Shown here in pieces: positions 10,057 to 19,821 of a stretch of DNA of 64,000 nucleotides. How positions within the stretch are numbered: the stretch's first letter is position 1; every line of letters begins with the position of its first letter. A program made the translations under genes and the position numbers. The notes below the pieces were generated by a model. That model had not been told where the DNA came from, made no database searches, and saw only the letters and a list, made by a program, of their open reading frames with translations. Source of the stretch: Capsulimonadaceae bacterium (GTDB lineage: Bacteria > Armatimonadota > Armatimonadia > Armatimonadales > Capsulimonadaceae); NCBI GenBank assembly GCA_965215505.1, contig OZ244065.1, positions 5,536,001-5,600,000 on the forward strand, given 5' to 3'.

Positions 10057-10809
10057 CTATTCACCGCCGCCGCCCCTGCTTCCTTCCCCCGTTTTCAGCC
10101 ACAGCAGAAATTCGACGTTTCCCCCGCTCCCCTCGATCGGGCTTGTCATGCGCCCCTGCTCCGCCAGGCCGTCGGCGCGGGCCGCCTCGACCACCCGTAC
10201 CAATGCCTCCTCGCGCGCCTTCGGGTCGCGCACGATGCCCCCTTTGCCCAGCCTGGCAGGGCCGACCTCGAACTGAGGCTTGACCAGGCACACCATGTCT
10301 CCGCCTCCGCCGAGCAGCGGGGCGAGTGCGGGTAGGACGAGGGTGAGGGAGATAAAGGAGAGATCGGCGACGATGATGTCGAAGGGGTGGGGGAAGTCGG
10401 CGGGCGTGAGGAGGCGGGCATTGACACCCTCCCGCGATTGGACGCGCGGGTCGGCGGCCAGGGCCGGGACCATCTGCCCGTGTCCCACATCCACGGCATG
10501 AACGGAGGCCGCCCCACGCCGCAGAAGGCATTCGGTGAACCCACCCGTGGAAGCGCCCACATCCAGCGCAGTCCGGCCCGCCACGGCGATGCCGAACGCG
10601 GCCAGGGCGGCGTCCAGCTTCAGGGCACCCCGCGAAACCCACGAAGGGCCGTTCTCCGTGACGGCCAGCGTGGCGTCCTCTGTGACCGCGAGGCTGGCCT
10701 TGGTCACCGCCCGCCCGTCCAGAGTCACCGCGCCCGAGTCCAGGGCGGCCTGCGCCTCGGCCCGGCTCCGGCACAGCCCGCGCACGACCAGGGCCTTATC
10801 CAGACGCAT
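10057..10809 (-). CDS. tlyA: TlyA family rRNA methyltransferase
   Basis: S4 domain, VSRGALKL, DVGASTGGFT, DLSFISL, VKPQFE. Confidence 0.95.
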   Translation of the reverse strand: MRLDKALVVRGLCRSRAEAQAALDSGAVTLDGRAVTKASLAVTEDATLAVTENGPSWVSRGALKLDAALAAFGIAVAGRTALDVGASTGGFTECLLRRGAASVHAVDVGHGQMVPALAADPRVQSREGVNARLLTPADFPHPFDIIVADLSFISLTLVLPALAPLLGGGGDMVCLVKPQFEVGPARLGKGGIVRDPKAREEALVRVVEAARADGLAEQGRMTSPIEGSGGNVEFLLWLKTGEGSRGGGGE

Positions 10810-11467
10810 CGGTGTCCGTATGGATGTCCAGCGCGGCGAGGTGGGACGTGTCGTTCTGGAGCAGCAGCGCGGCCGGCTCGTCCGGATTCCGGCTCACGCG
10901 AAGGCGCGTGACGGCGCAGTTATCCGACCAGGGCGGGCCGTCCAGGTCGGGCGGGACGCGCAGGAAGGCTTCGGTCAGGCGGCCCACTGTTTCGGCATGG
11001 GAGACGACTAAAATGTGTTCATCGGTGTGGGCGTACAGCCCCACCAGGGCGTCGCGGACGCGGACGGCACGGGCATACATCAGCGCGTCGTCTTCCAGCT
11101 CCTGTGGCCACCACGTCTCGCCGCACGGGAAGGTGTGCCCGAAGAAGGCGAAGGGAAACTGCGCCCGGATCTCGTCGGGACTCAGGCCGGGGAAGGTCTT
11201 GTAGCCGGGCCAGATGGCGTTGAAGTACTCGCAGACATCGGCGTAAACCTCCGCCTTCAGCCCCGCCTCCTCGCAGGTCGGCGAGATCGTCTGCAAGGCC
11301 CGCCGCAGAGGGGAGACATAGGCCTTCGTCAGCCCCTCCCCGCGCAGCCGCCGCGCCGCCCGCCGCGCCTGCTCGACGCCCAGCGGCGTCAGCGGGCTGT
11401 CCAGATGCTCGGTCAGTCCGGCGTTGGCCTCGGACTGACCGTGACGTACCAGGGTAATTTCCATCAC
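10796..11467 (-). CDS. Histidine phosphatase family protein
   Basis: LVRHGQS, SPLRRALQT, VVSH motifs. Confidence 0.9.
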   Translation of the reverse strand: MMEITLVRHGQSEANAGLTEHLDSPLTPLGVEQARRAARRLRGEGLTKAYVSPLRRALQTISPTCEEAGLKAEVYADVCEYFNAIWPGYKTFPGLSPDEIRAQFPFAFFGHTFPCGETWWPQELEDDALMYARAVRVRDALVGLYAHTDEHILVVSHAETVGRLTEAFLRVPPDLDGPPWSDNCAVTRLRVSRNPDEPAALLLQNDTSHLAALDIHTDTDASG

Positions 11468-11486
11468 AGGGACAGTATACCCCTTT

Positions 11487-12194
11487 CTAACGCGGGCCGC
11501 CGCCGAGGACCAGCTTTTCCAGGGAAGGCCGGTTCGTGATCAGCACCCGGCGGCCCAGGAAGTCTATCAGGCCCTGGCGCTTGAAGTCGTTCAGGATCAG
11601 CGTCGTCGTCTCGCGCGTGCTGCCGATGACGTTCGCCAGTTCCTGATGGGTCAGCTTACCCTTGAGCATCTGCCCACCGCGCCCGTTGCGGCTCCCGCCC
11701 TGGTTGTCGTGCAGCCGCAGCAGCAGCTTGGCGAGCCGCCGGGGGACCTCCAGGAAGACCAGGTCGGCGACCTGGTTCTCGGCCAGCAGCCGCCGCTCAC
11801 TCACCAGCCGCAGCAGCGCCTGCGTCGCCGCCAGGGAGTGCTGCAAGGCGGCCAGGATGTCGGAGCGCCGGAAGGCGACGATCAGCGAGTCCTCCAGCGT
11901 CTCCGCCATCAGCTCGTAGGTGTCGCTGCCCTCCAGAAGACCCGTCTCGCCAAACAGCGAGCCGTCTTCCAGGAGGTACAAAGTCAGCTCGCGCCCCTGG
12001 TCGGACACGCGGGCGATCTTGACGCGCCCCGTGCAGAGCAGATAAACGTAGTCGCCAGGCTGATCGGCGAAGTGGATCACTTGACGGCGGCGGTACTGCC
12101 GCTGCTCCGCGATCCGTTCCAACCGTTTCAGGGTCTCTTCAGGCAGGGCCGCCAGCATTGGCACCTGCTGGAAATAGGGATTTAGTGAATTCAA
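11487..12194 (-). CDS. Crp/Fnr family transcriptional regulator
   Basis: cNMP-binding FGE motif; HTH LTHQELANVIGSTRETTT. Confidence 0.92.
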   Translation of the reverse strand: MNSLNPYFQQVPMLAALPEETLKRLERIAEQRQYRRRQVIHFADQPGDYVYLLCTGRVKIARVSDQGRELTLYLLEDGSLFGETGLLEGSDTYELMAETLEDSLIVAFRRSDILAALQHSLAATQALLRLVSERRLLAENQVADLVFLEVPRRLAKLLLRLHDNQGGSRNGRGGQMLKGKLTHQELANVIGSTRETTTLILNDFKRQGLIDFLGRRVLITNRPSLEKLVLGGGPR

Positions 12195-12410
12195 TCGTTT
12201 ACAAGCAGCCTTTCTCTTTGGGTTTGCGCTTACGAGAGGAAGTATAGCCGAGATACGCTCGGCTGCGAACGGCGAATTTGCCGGGATTCGCCGACTGTCA
12301 GCGCAAACAGGTATTCTTACTGATCAAAACCGGGAAGGGCCACGAAGTTTTGTATTGGGTGGGACGATTATCAAGGGGAGCCTGTTCCAAAAAGAGGTTA
12401 AAGGGCGGTT

Positions 12411-12444
12411 ACAAAGGAATGTCCGGCACGACATGTGCCGGACA
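12411..12444 (-). terminator. Probable intrinsic terminator after the yqfB-like gene
   Basis: Perfect 10-bp stem TGTCCGGCAC/GTGCCGGACA followed by TTCCTTTGT on the minus strand. Confidence 0.55.
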
Positions 12445-12497
12445 CCTCTCTTGCAGACCTCATGCCAATCGGCCACGCCCACGAACAACCGGCTCTC

Positions 12498-13016
12498 TTA
12501 CGAGGCCGCAGGAGGCGGGGGAGCGCCGGGGGAACGCCTCCGGGAGAGCGGCGGCCCCAGGGCTTCGCGCAGGATGATGGCCCGGACCAGGTCGTCACTG
12601 CCGCCGAACAGACTCTTCAAAGGCACAGCGGTCGGTGCCGGCGATTGCAGTGAGACGCCCAGCGCGGACGGCTCCCAGGCGGCCAGCTCTTCTTCCTGCC
12701 GTCGGAAGTCCCGGTCCGTCGCCTCGCGCGACACCGCCGGCCCGCCCGCCTGCGGCTGCCGGGGCATCGGGCGCGCGGGAACCAGGGAGGGGGCGCGCGT
12801 CGGGAGCTTCTGGGTGGGCGGGGGTGCCTGCGGAGGAGGGGGGGCCTGCGCCTGCCGCTGCGCGTCGGCGAGGGCCTGCCGGACCGGGTTCGCGCCCGCC
12901 GCGCCCGTCGCACCCGCGATCTGCCGCCCGGCCCACTTGAAGAACCGGAAGATCCCCCTGATGACCCAGCCGATGGCGATCAGGGCAAAGACTACAGCCT
13001 CGTAACTCAGATGCAC
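12498..13016 (-). CDS. YqfB-like flotillin-operon membrane-anchored protein
   Basis: N-terminal TM, Pro/Gln-rich linker, C-terminal DDLVRAIILREALGPP motif; downstream of floA. Confidence 0.6.
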   Translation of the reverse strand: MHLSYEAVVFALIAIGWVIRGIFRFFKWAGRQIAGATGAAGANPVRQALADAQRQAQAPPPPQAPPPTQKLPTRAPSLVPARPMPRQPQAGGPAVSREATDRDFRRQEEELAAWEPSALGVSLQSPAPTAVPLKSLFGGSDDLVRAIILREALGPPLSRRRSPGAPPPPAAS

Positions 13017-13018
13017 CG

Positions 13019-13795
13019 CTACTCGTCCTCCGCGTGTTTCAGGATCGCCCGCGCGTTCTTTAACTCACGCCCTGTGAATGGTGCGCTGTCGCGCGTCCAC
13101 AGGTTAACGGGCGCGAGTGTTGCCGACGGCCTCACGGCCTTGACATGGCCGTCGGTGAACAGGCAGTTGAGGATGCCGCTCGGATGTTCATAGAAGATGT
13201 GTCGAGGAACGTGGGCATATAGTTCTCGGCCCGTGCCGGGCAGGAACATGGGGCTGGTGATGTCCCAATCCGCTCCATCGTAGCCCCGCGTGTCAACGAC
13301 TTGGATCACCCGCAAAGAGGTGTTGACGCTGGTCCCTTTCGGGGCTAAGGCTGTCATTGGCGTGAGTAACTCGTCTTTGCTGTGCTTCATGTCGTTTGCT
13401 TCGTAAGAGCGTGGCAGATTCTCCGGCGTGTAGTCACCGTGCCTTGTGTCGTCCGGGCACTGGTAAACTCCAGTTGCCTTCACATAGGGAAAGACAGCTT
13501 CACGCCAGCTAGATCCACTGGCACTGCTCTGATAGGCGGGAGGGTTGCCATCGTCGTCCTGCTCGTATTGAGTCAATGCTATACTAAGTTGCTTCAGGTT
13601 GGAGGCGCAGGAGGCGCGGCGCGCGTTGGAATGCCCACCTACAGTCACTATAAGCAGGGGGTCAGGGCTGAAAACCAGTAGCAGAATAAAGGCCAAAAAA
13701 ATATAGCCCGCGATCCTGCCGTAAAGACTCATTAGAAATCGGACCCTCTCGCGACGGCTGGCTTCCGCATATGCGTCAGGATCAAGTTCAAACAT
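13019..13795 (-). CDS. DUF1559 / H-X9-DG domain protein
   Basis: ARRASCASNLKQL, YQCPDD, HPSGILNCLFTDGHVK; no canonical prepilin GFTLIE. Confidence 0.8.
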   Translation of the reverse strand: MFELDPDAYAEASRRERVRFLMSLYGRIAGYIFLAFILLLVFSPDPLLIVTVGGHSNARRASCASNLKQLSIALTQYEQDDDGNPPAYQSSASGSSWREAVFPYVKATGVYQCPDDTRHGDYTPENLPRSYEANDMKHSKDELLTPMTALAPKGTSVNTSLRVIQVVDTRGYDGADWDITSPMFLPGTGRELYAHVPRHIFYEHPSGILNCLFTDGHVKAVRPSATLAPVNLWTRDSAPFTGRELKNARAILKHAEDE

Positions 13796-13989
13796 TGCCG
13801 CAACTCCGCCGGCTCTGGGCCGACACTCCACACCGCCGCCCCATCAGCAAGTAGAGGACTAACAGGGCGAACAGAATCAGGTGACAGTCCGAGGTTATTC
13901 TTCCATTGCGTGTGCCAAGAGCAGCGCCGCAAGATTCAGGATCGCCTCTGCCTGCTTCAATAGCACCTCCACGTTTTATAAGTCTTGCT

Positions 13990-14454
13990 CTATTTGGCCC
14001 TCTGTCTTTGCAGGTCTACGCCGTACTTTGATGCATTCTCGCGGATGAGCGCGTTCAGGGCCTGTTCTTTCTCGTTATCGTTGCTGAGGTTGATTAGGTC
14101 AAACGAGGACTCAACGCCGTACTGCCAGTAGTAAAGGTCTGCCAGGTTCTCTTCTCGCGAGTAAGCCAGATTGTAGAGGCAACGGTACTTGAGTCCGATT
14201 GGTGAGTCGTCTCTCCAAAAGCCGACTCCTCTCAGCCGCACAATCTCGCGTAGTATCTGCTTAACCGCTTCCGCGCTTACATCCGCGCCGCCATAGTAGT
14301 CCAGCAGCAACCGGCTCATCTCCTCCAAGTGGCTGTCAGTCTCCGGCCCGAGCAAATCCAGCGCATCAATTACGCACTTGACCCAGAAGTAGAAGTTTCG
14401 TTCTTCAAACACGCTCTCAGGAAGGTCGTCAAGGATTGACCCATCGTTCGTCAT
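13990..14454 (-). CDS. Hypothetical acidic protein (lower GC)
   Basis: 154-aa ORF with natural composition, co-oriented with floA. Confidence 0.6.
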   Translation of the reverse strand: MTNDGSILDDLPESVFEERNFYFWVKCVIDALDLLGPETDSHLEEMSRLLLDYYGGADVSAEAVKQILREIVRLRGVGFWRDDSPIGLKYRCLYNLAYSREENLADLYYWQYGVESSFDLINLSNDNEKEQALNALIRENASKYGVDLQRQRAK

Positions 14455-14503
14455 GTTGGTATTTGCCTGACGAGGCTTGGCCTTTCGCCTGACAGGAACG
14501 CAA

Positions 14504-15520
14504 TTACACCGCCGCCCCCGGCACGCTGTTCGCGCCGCCGTCCTCGTCCGTGCCGCCCGTCGCCCGGCTGATGCCGCTCCGCATCGCCGTGTCCGCCTGC
14601 AAGTTCCGCAGGTTGTAGTAATCCATCACGCCCAGAGTGCCGCCGCGCAGGGCTTCGGCTAAAGCCATCGGCACCTGTGCCTGGGCCTCGACCACCTTGG
14701 CCTGCATCTCCTGGGTGTAGGCCTTCATCTCCTGCTCGCGGGCGACCGCCATCGAGCGCCGCTCCTCGGCCTTCGCCTGGGCGACCTTCTTGTCCGCCTC
14801 GGCCTGGTCCGCCTGCAAGCGCGCGCCGATGTTCTGGCCGACCACCACGTCGGCGATGTCAATGGACAGGATCTCGAAGGCCGTCCCTGCGTCCAGCCCT
14901 TTCGCCAGGACCGTCTTGGAGATCGCGTCGGGCTTCTCCATGACCTCCAAATGGGTGGCCGCCGAGCCGATGGTGGTAACGATGCCCTCGCCGACGCGCG
15001 CCAAAACCGTCTGCTCGCCCGCGCCGCCGACGAACTGCTCGATGTTGGCCCGGACGGTGACGCGGGCGAATGCCTTCATCTCGACGCCGTTCTTGGCTAC
15101 CCCGGCGACGTTCGGCGTCTCGATGACCTTGGGGTTGACCGACATCTGCACCGCTTCCAGCACATTCCGGCCCGCCAGGTCAATGGCCGCCGCCCGCTCG
15201 AAAGGCAGAGGGATCTGCGCCCGGTGCGCGCTGATGAGCGCCTGCACCACGCGGTCCACGTTGCCGCCGGCCAAATAGTGCGTTTCCAGTTGGTTCAGGT
15301 TGATGGGGACGCCCGCCTTGACGGCGGCGATGAGCGGCAGGATGACCCGGTCCTGCGGGACGCGCCGCAGCCGCATCCCGATCAGGCTGCCGAAGCCGAC
15401 GCCGCTGACTCCCGCCGAGATAGCCGTTATCATCAGGCCGACCGGAACATACTGGCGGATCAAAGCGAGAGCGACGATGACGACAACAACGCCGACGACG
15501 ATGGGAACGAATGGCGACAT
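14504..15520 (-). CDS. floA: Flotillin-like protein FloA (YqfA)
   Basis: [50 protein letters not shown] before ATG 15520. Confidence 0.95.
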   Translation of the reverse strand: MSPFVPIVVGVVVVIVALALIRQYVPVGLMITAISAGVSGVGFGSLIGMRLRRVPQDRVILPLIAAVKAGVPINLNQLETHYLAGGNVDRVVQALISAHRAQIPLPFERAAAIDLAGRNVLEAVQMSVNPKVIETPNVAGVAKNGVEMKAFARVTVRANIEQFVGGAGEQTVLARVGEGIVTTIGSAATHLEVMEKPDAISKTVLAKGLDAGTAFEILSIDIADVVVGQNIGARLQADQAEADKKVAQAKAEERRSMAVAREQEMKAYTQEMQAKVVEAQAQVPMALAEALRGGTLGVMDYYNLRNLQADTAMRSGISRATGGTDEDGGANSVPGAAV

Positions 15521-15562
15521 GGGGAACACTCCTTGTACCATAAGTATACCATAAAGACATGG

Positions 15563-16231
15563 CTAATCCAGCGTAGCGACCAGGCGGGGAGTGAAGCGGA
15601 GGCGGTCCGAAGCGACGCACAGGGCGCGCAGGCCGTTCCACCGCTCGGGGACGGGATAATCACGGCCATTCAGGTGCAGATGCCCGTACAGAACGGTTTC
15701 GACGCCGTGCGCCTTCAGGAGTGGCGTGAAGACGTCTAAAGGAGGATAGTGGATCAGGGCGATCTTAGTTTCGCAGCCCGCGATGCCTTCCAGCCGCCGC
15801 GTCAGCCGGACCACCTCGCGGGCGATGATCTTCTCCGCCTTCGCCTTCTCGGACTCGGTGCCGGTCGCGGGGAACCAGCCGCGCGTCCCCGCCACGCCGA
15901 CGCGCCCGTCTTCGGAGACGAACGGCGTGTCGTGCAGGCCGGGGAAGTCAAGCGACCTGTCCGAATCCCACCAGTAGTCGTGGTTGCCCTTGCACAGCAC
16001 CTTGACGCCCGGCAGCGCGGCCAGCCAGGCAAGGTCCGGCTCGGCGTCCGCCCGCTTCATCGCCCAGGACAGGTCGCCCGGCATCAGCAGCAGGTCTTCG
16101 GGCGCGACGACCGCCCGGCAGGCCGCCTCGATCTTCGCCGGGTGGTCCCGCCAGTGTTCGCCAAAAATGTCCATCGGCTTCGGCTTGGCGAACGATAAAT
16201 GTGTGTCCGCCAATGCCCAGATGCGTCGCAT
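15563..16231 (-). CDS. Calcineurin-like metallophosphoesterase
   Basis: DTHLS, GDLSW, GNHDYWW, HYPP, GHLH. Confidence 0.92.
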   Translation of the reverse strand: MRRIWALADTHLSFAKPKPMDIFGEHWRDHPAKIEAACRAVVAPEDLLLMPGDLSWAMKRADAEPDLAWLAALPGVKVLCKGNHDYWWDSDRSLDFPGLHDTPFVSEDGRVGVAGTRGWFPATGTESEKAKAEKIIAREVVRLTRRLEGIAGCETKIALIHYPPLDVFTPLLKAHGVETVLYGHLHLNGRDYPVPERWNGLRALCVASDRLRFTPRLVATLD

Positions 16232-16237
16232 GAACTC

Positions 16238-16320
16238 AGTATACCCGCTGGGCGGGAGCGACCAAAGCCGACCGGCGGGCGCGGGTTTGATTGACACTGG
16301 CCGCCCGCCATAGGTATACT
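16238..16320. promoter_or_regulatory. Divergent sigma70-type promoters (murJ / phosphoesterase)
   Basis: Plus strand: TTGACA(16291)-18-TATACT(16315), 8 nt before the murJ ATG. Minus strand: TATACT (16243-16238), 6 nt before ATG 16231. Confidence 0.7.
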
Positions 16321-16328
16321 GTTGCCCT

Positions 16329-18275
16329 ATGGCCTCTACCACTACCAAGCCGCCGAGCGGACCCGCTGCGCCCCCGCCGGGGGGCGGGAAGAAGCCCCTC
16401 GGAATCGCGGGCGCGACCGGCCTGATGATGGCGATGGTCCTTCTGTCGCGCATCCTCGGCGTCCTGCGCGATGCGATCATCTCCCACTACTTCGGGCGCG
16501 GGCCTCAGACGGACGCCTACAACGCCGCATTCACCGTCCCCGATCTGCTGTTCTATCTGCTGCAAAGCGGCGCGCTGTCGTCCACCGTCGTCCCCATCCT
16601 GACCGAGTACCGGCAGCAGGGGAAGGACAAATCGGCGGACAAAGTGGTCAGCATCGTCGCCTCCGTCATCTTCGTCTTCATCGGCCTGCTGATCTGCGTG
16701 ATGTGGATCTACGCCCGCACGCTGACGATTGCCCTCAACCTGGGCTTCCCGGACTCGACCGTTGACCTCTCCGTGCCGCTGACCCGTGTCCTCCTGCCCG
16801 CCCAGATGTTCTTCTTTATGGGCGGCCTGATGATGGGTGTCCTCTACTCACGCAAGAAATTCTGGGTTCCGGCGTTGGGGCCGGTCATTTATAACTCCGG
16901 CATCATCGTGGGTGGCGTCGTGCTGCGGCACTGGCTGGGCATCCACGGCCTGGTCTGGGGCGCGATCGCGGGCGCGTTCCTGGGAAACTTCCTCATCCCG
17001 TTCCTCGCCGTGCTGCGGCTCGGCGTCCGCATCCGGCCTTCCTTTGATGTCCGCCACCCTGCCGCCATGAAAGTCTGGCGGATGCTGCTGCCCATCGGCC
17101 TGGGCGTCTCGCTCCCGAGCATTGACCAACTGGTCAACAAGGAGTTCGCGTCGTATCTGGGGACGGGGAACACCACGGCGGTCATGAACGCCTACCGGCT
17201 GATGCTTCTTCCCATCGGCCTCTTCGCACAGGCGATGGCCCAGGCCGTCTTCCCAACCCTGTCGGAGCAGGCCGGGATGAAGAACATCACGGCGATGCGC
17301 CGGACGATGAACCAGTCCCTCCGCAACATCCTGTTTCTGACCGTGCCCGCCTCGGCTTTGATGTATTTGCTGTCCGAACCCATCATCACTTTCCTCCTCC
17401 AGAGCGGCAAATACACTCATCTTGACACCCTCGTCACGGCCTCCGTCCTGCGCTGCCTGAGCCTGGGCATCTTCGCCTGGTCCTGCCAGTCGCTCCTGAC
17501 GCGCGGCTTTTACGCCCTGCAAAACTCTAAGGTGCCGGTCATCTCGGGCGCGATCGTCTCCGTTCTGTTCGTCGGCATGAATGTGTGGGTGGTCAAGCCA
17601 GTCATCCGCGTCAAGGCCCGCGTGGAGACGCTGACCCAGCAGGTCGGGGTACTCCAGGAGAACGTCAAGCTGGTCCGGCCCTTCGTCCAGCCCAGTCAGG
17701 ACGCGCTGGCCGCCGTCACCGCCGCACAGACAGGGATGACACAGACCGGCGCGGCGCGAAACTCCGCCGCCGATGCCGTGTCCCAGGACCTTGGCACGGC
17801 CCAGGACCAGCTCACGCAGCTCGCCGCACAGGCCCAGGCGGCGCTGACCGACGCCCAAGCCCGCCTAGACTCACGACAGTACAAACTGGCGCTCGCGCAG
17901 GCCGAGATGGACGCCCGCGCCGCCCGCGCCGTCTGGGAACTCGGCCTGACGACCTCGATCGCCGCCACCATCCACATGGTCGCGCTCTACTTCCTGCTGC
18001 GCCGCCGCCTGACCGGCCTGCACTCCCAGCGGCTGCTTTCCAGCGTGGGCAAAATCCTGATGGCGACTCTGGCCCTGTGCGTCGTCTCCAAGCTTGTTCT
18101 GGCTGTCTGCGAGACGGGCTTTGAAACCTCCCACCTCGCCCCCAAACTGGTCGCCCTCGTCACACTGCTGTTGGCGGGATTGACCGGAGTAGGGGCCTTC
18201 CTGGGGACGGCCCGCGCTCTCAAAATGGGCGAGCTGCAAGCCGCCGTAGACATGATTCGCCGCAAGAGAGGCTGA
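16329..18275 (+). CDS. murJ: Lipid II flippase MurJ with coiled-coil insertion
   Basis: SRILGVLRD, DAYNAAFTVPD, AYRLMLLPIG, RGFYALQNSKVP. Confidence 0.93.
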   Translation: MASTTTKPPSGPAAPPPGGGKKPLGIAGATGLMMAMVLLSRILGVLRDAIISHYFGRGPQTDAYNAAFTVPDLLFYLLQSGALSSTVVPILTEYRQQGKDKSADKVVSIVASVIFVFIGLLICVMWIYARTLTIALNLGFPDSTVDLSVPLTRVLLPAQMFFFMGGLMMGVLYSRKKFWVPALGPVIYNSGIIVGGVVLRHWLGIHGLVWGAIAGAFLGNFLIPFLAVLRLGVRIRPSFDVRHPAAMKVWRMLLPIGLGVSLPSIDQLVNKEFASYLGTGNTTAVMNAYRLMLLPIGLFAQAMAQAVFPTLSEQAGMKNITAMRRTMNQSLRNILFLTVPASALMYLLSEPIITFLLQSGKYTHLDTLVTASVLRCLSLGIFAWSCQSLLTRGFYALQNSKVPVISGAIVSVLFVGMNVWVVKPVIRVKARVETLTQQVGVLQENVKLVRPFVQPSQDALAAVTAAQTGMTQTGAARNSAADAVSQDLGTAQDQLTQLAAQAQAALTDAQARLDSRQYKLALAQAEMDARAARAVWELGLTTSIAATIHMVALYFLLRRRLTGLHSQRLLSSVGKILMATLALCVVSKLVLAVCETGFETSHLAPKLVALVTLLLAGLTGVGAFLGTARALKMGELQAAVDMIRRKRG

Positions 18276-18278
18276 CCT

Positions 18279-19817
18279 GTGCATCTTCGCCCCGATCCGC
18301 GCCGCCCGCTCCTGGCACTCGTCCTGCTGCTTACCCTGCTGGGTTCCTGCGTCCGGGCCGACGCCCCGCTCCGGTTCCAGATCACGCTCCCCAAGACACT
18401 GATGCGCGCCGAGGCGGGCGGACGGCTGTTCGTCCTGATGGCACGGACGAAGCCGAAAGACGGCATCCTACGCGTCGGCTTCATTCCGGGCGAGACCTGG
18501 CTGGCCGCCGCCGAGGTCCGTAACCTCACGCCGGGCGGGACGGTCTCGTTTGACCCGGACACGCTGGCCTACCCAAAGCCGTTCTCGCAGGCCGGGCTTG
18601 GGACCTGGTACTGCATGGCCCTGCTGGACCAGGACCACAACTACGCCTACCACGACCAGGATGCGGACGATTACTATGGCCCGCTCGTCACGCTGACGGA
18701 CGCCGACCGTGCCCAGCCCGTCGCCCTCGTTTTGGATCGCCAGGGCAAGCCCGATGCGCCCGCCGATACGCCGTCCATCAAGCGCATGGAGTTCACGAGT
18801 CCGCTCCTGTCGGCCTTCTGGGGCCGCCCCATCGTCATGCGCGCGGGCGTCGTCCTGCCTCCTGACTATGACAAGGACCCGAAGCGCGTTTATCCGACCG
18901 TCTACCACGTTGACGGCTACGGTGGCGACTACACCAGCGCGTGGCAGGCCGGCCCGCTCTACCTGAAGCAGATAGCCGCGGGCCAGAGGTCTTCTTTCGT
19001 CCACGTCTTTTTGGACCCCTCGTTCCCGACCGGCCACACCGTCTTCGCCGACTCGGTCAACAACGGCCCGTGGGGCAAGGCGCTGACACAGGACCTCATT
19101 CCCGCGCTAGAAGCCAAGTACAGGCTGGCCCCGGACCCGGCTCTGCGGTTCCTGACGGGCCACTCGTCGGGCGGGTGGAGCACGCTCTGGCTCCAGACCA
19201 CCTACCCCGACTTCTTCGGCGGGACCTGGTCCACGTCGCCCGATCCCGTGGACCTCCGCTCCTTCACCGGCGTCAATGCCACGCCCGGTTCCACCGACAA
19301 CTTCTACACCAAGCCGGACGGCACCCCGCGCAACCTCGTCCGCCTGGGCGGTAGGGACATCGCCAGCATGGAGCAGTTCGCGCGCCAGGAGCGGGTGCAG
19401 GGGGACTACGGCGGGCAGTTCGCCTCGTTCGAGTGGGTCTGGAGTCCGCGCGGAGAGGACGGCCGGCCCCTCCCGCTGTTCGACCGCGAGACGGGCCGCC
19501 TTGACCCCGCCGTGCTGCAAGCCTGGCAACGCTACGACATCCGGCGCAATCTGGAAACGAACTGGCCGACACTGGAGCCGAAGCTGCGCGGCAAGCTGCA
19601 CGTCTTCGTCGGCAGCTTGGACACCTTCCATCTGGAGGAGGGCGTCGCCTACCTACAAGACTTCTTCAAGCGCGTCGGCAGTGACGCCGTCTGCGAGGTC
19701 ATCCCCGGACGCAGCCACTTCGACCTGTACCGACCCTACACGACCTACCCCGATGGATTGGCCGCGCGCATAGACAGAGAGATGGCGGCGGCAACCAGGG
19801 CGCACCGGGTACAATAA
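18279..19817 (+). CDS. Secreted alpha/beta-hydrolase (enterochelin-esterase-like)
   Basis: Signal peptide, GHSSGG nucleophile elbow, DSVNNGPWG. Confidence 0.85.
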   Translation: MHLRPDPRRPLLALVLLLTLLGSCVRADAPLRFQITLPKTLMRAEAGGRLFVLMARTKPKDGILRVGFIPGETWLAAAEVRNLTPGGTVSFDPDTLAYPKPFSQAGLGTWYCMALLDQDHNYAYHDQDADDYYGPLVTLTDADRAQPVALVLDRQGKPDAPADTPSIKRMEFTSPLLSAFWGRPIVMRAGVVLPPDYDKDPKRVYPTVYHVDGYGGDYTSAWQAGPLYLKQIAAGQRSSFVHVFLDPSFPTGHTVFADSVNNGPWGKALTQDLIPALEAKYRLAPDPALRFLTGHSSGGWSTLWLQTTYPDFFGGTWSTSPDPVDLRSFTGVNATPGSTDNFYTKPDGTPRNLVRLGGRDIASMEQFARQERVQGDYGGQFASFEWVWSPRGEDGRPLPLFDRETGRLDPAVLQAWQRYDIRRNLETNWPTLEPKLRGKLHVFVGSLDTFHLEEGVAYLQDFFKRVGSDAVCEVIPGRSHFDLYRPYTTYPDGLAARIDREMAAATRAHRVQ

Positions 19818-19821
19818 TCCT

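Noticed and set aside
13895-13960. 21-aa minus-strand peptide after GGAGG (MKQAEAILNLAALLLAHAMEE)
   Set aside because: Too short, with a TTG start; may be a gene remnant; no independent support.
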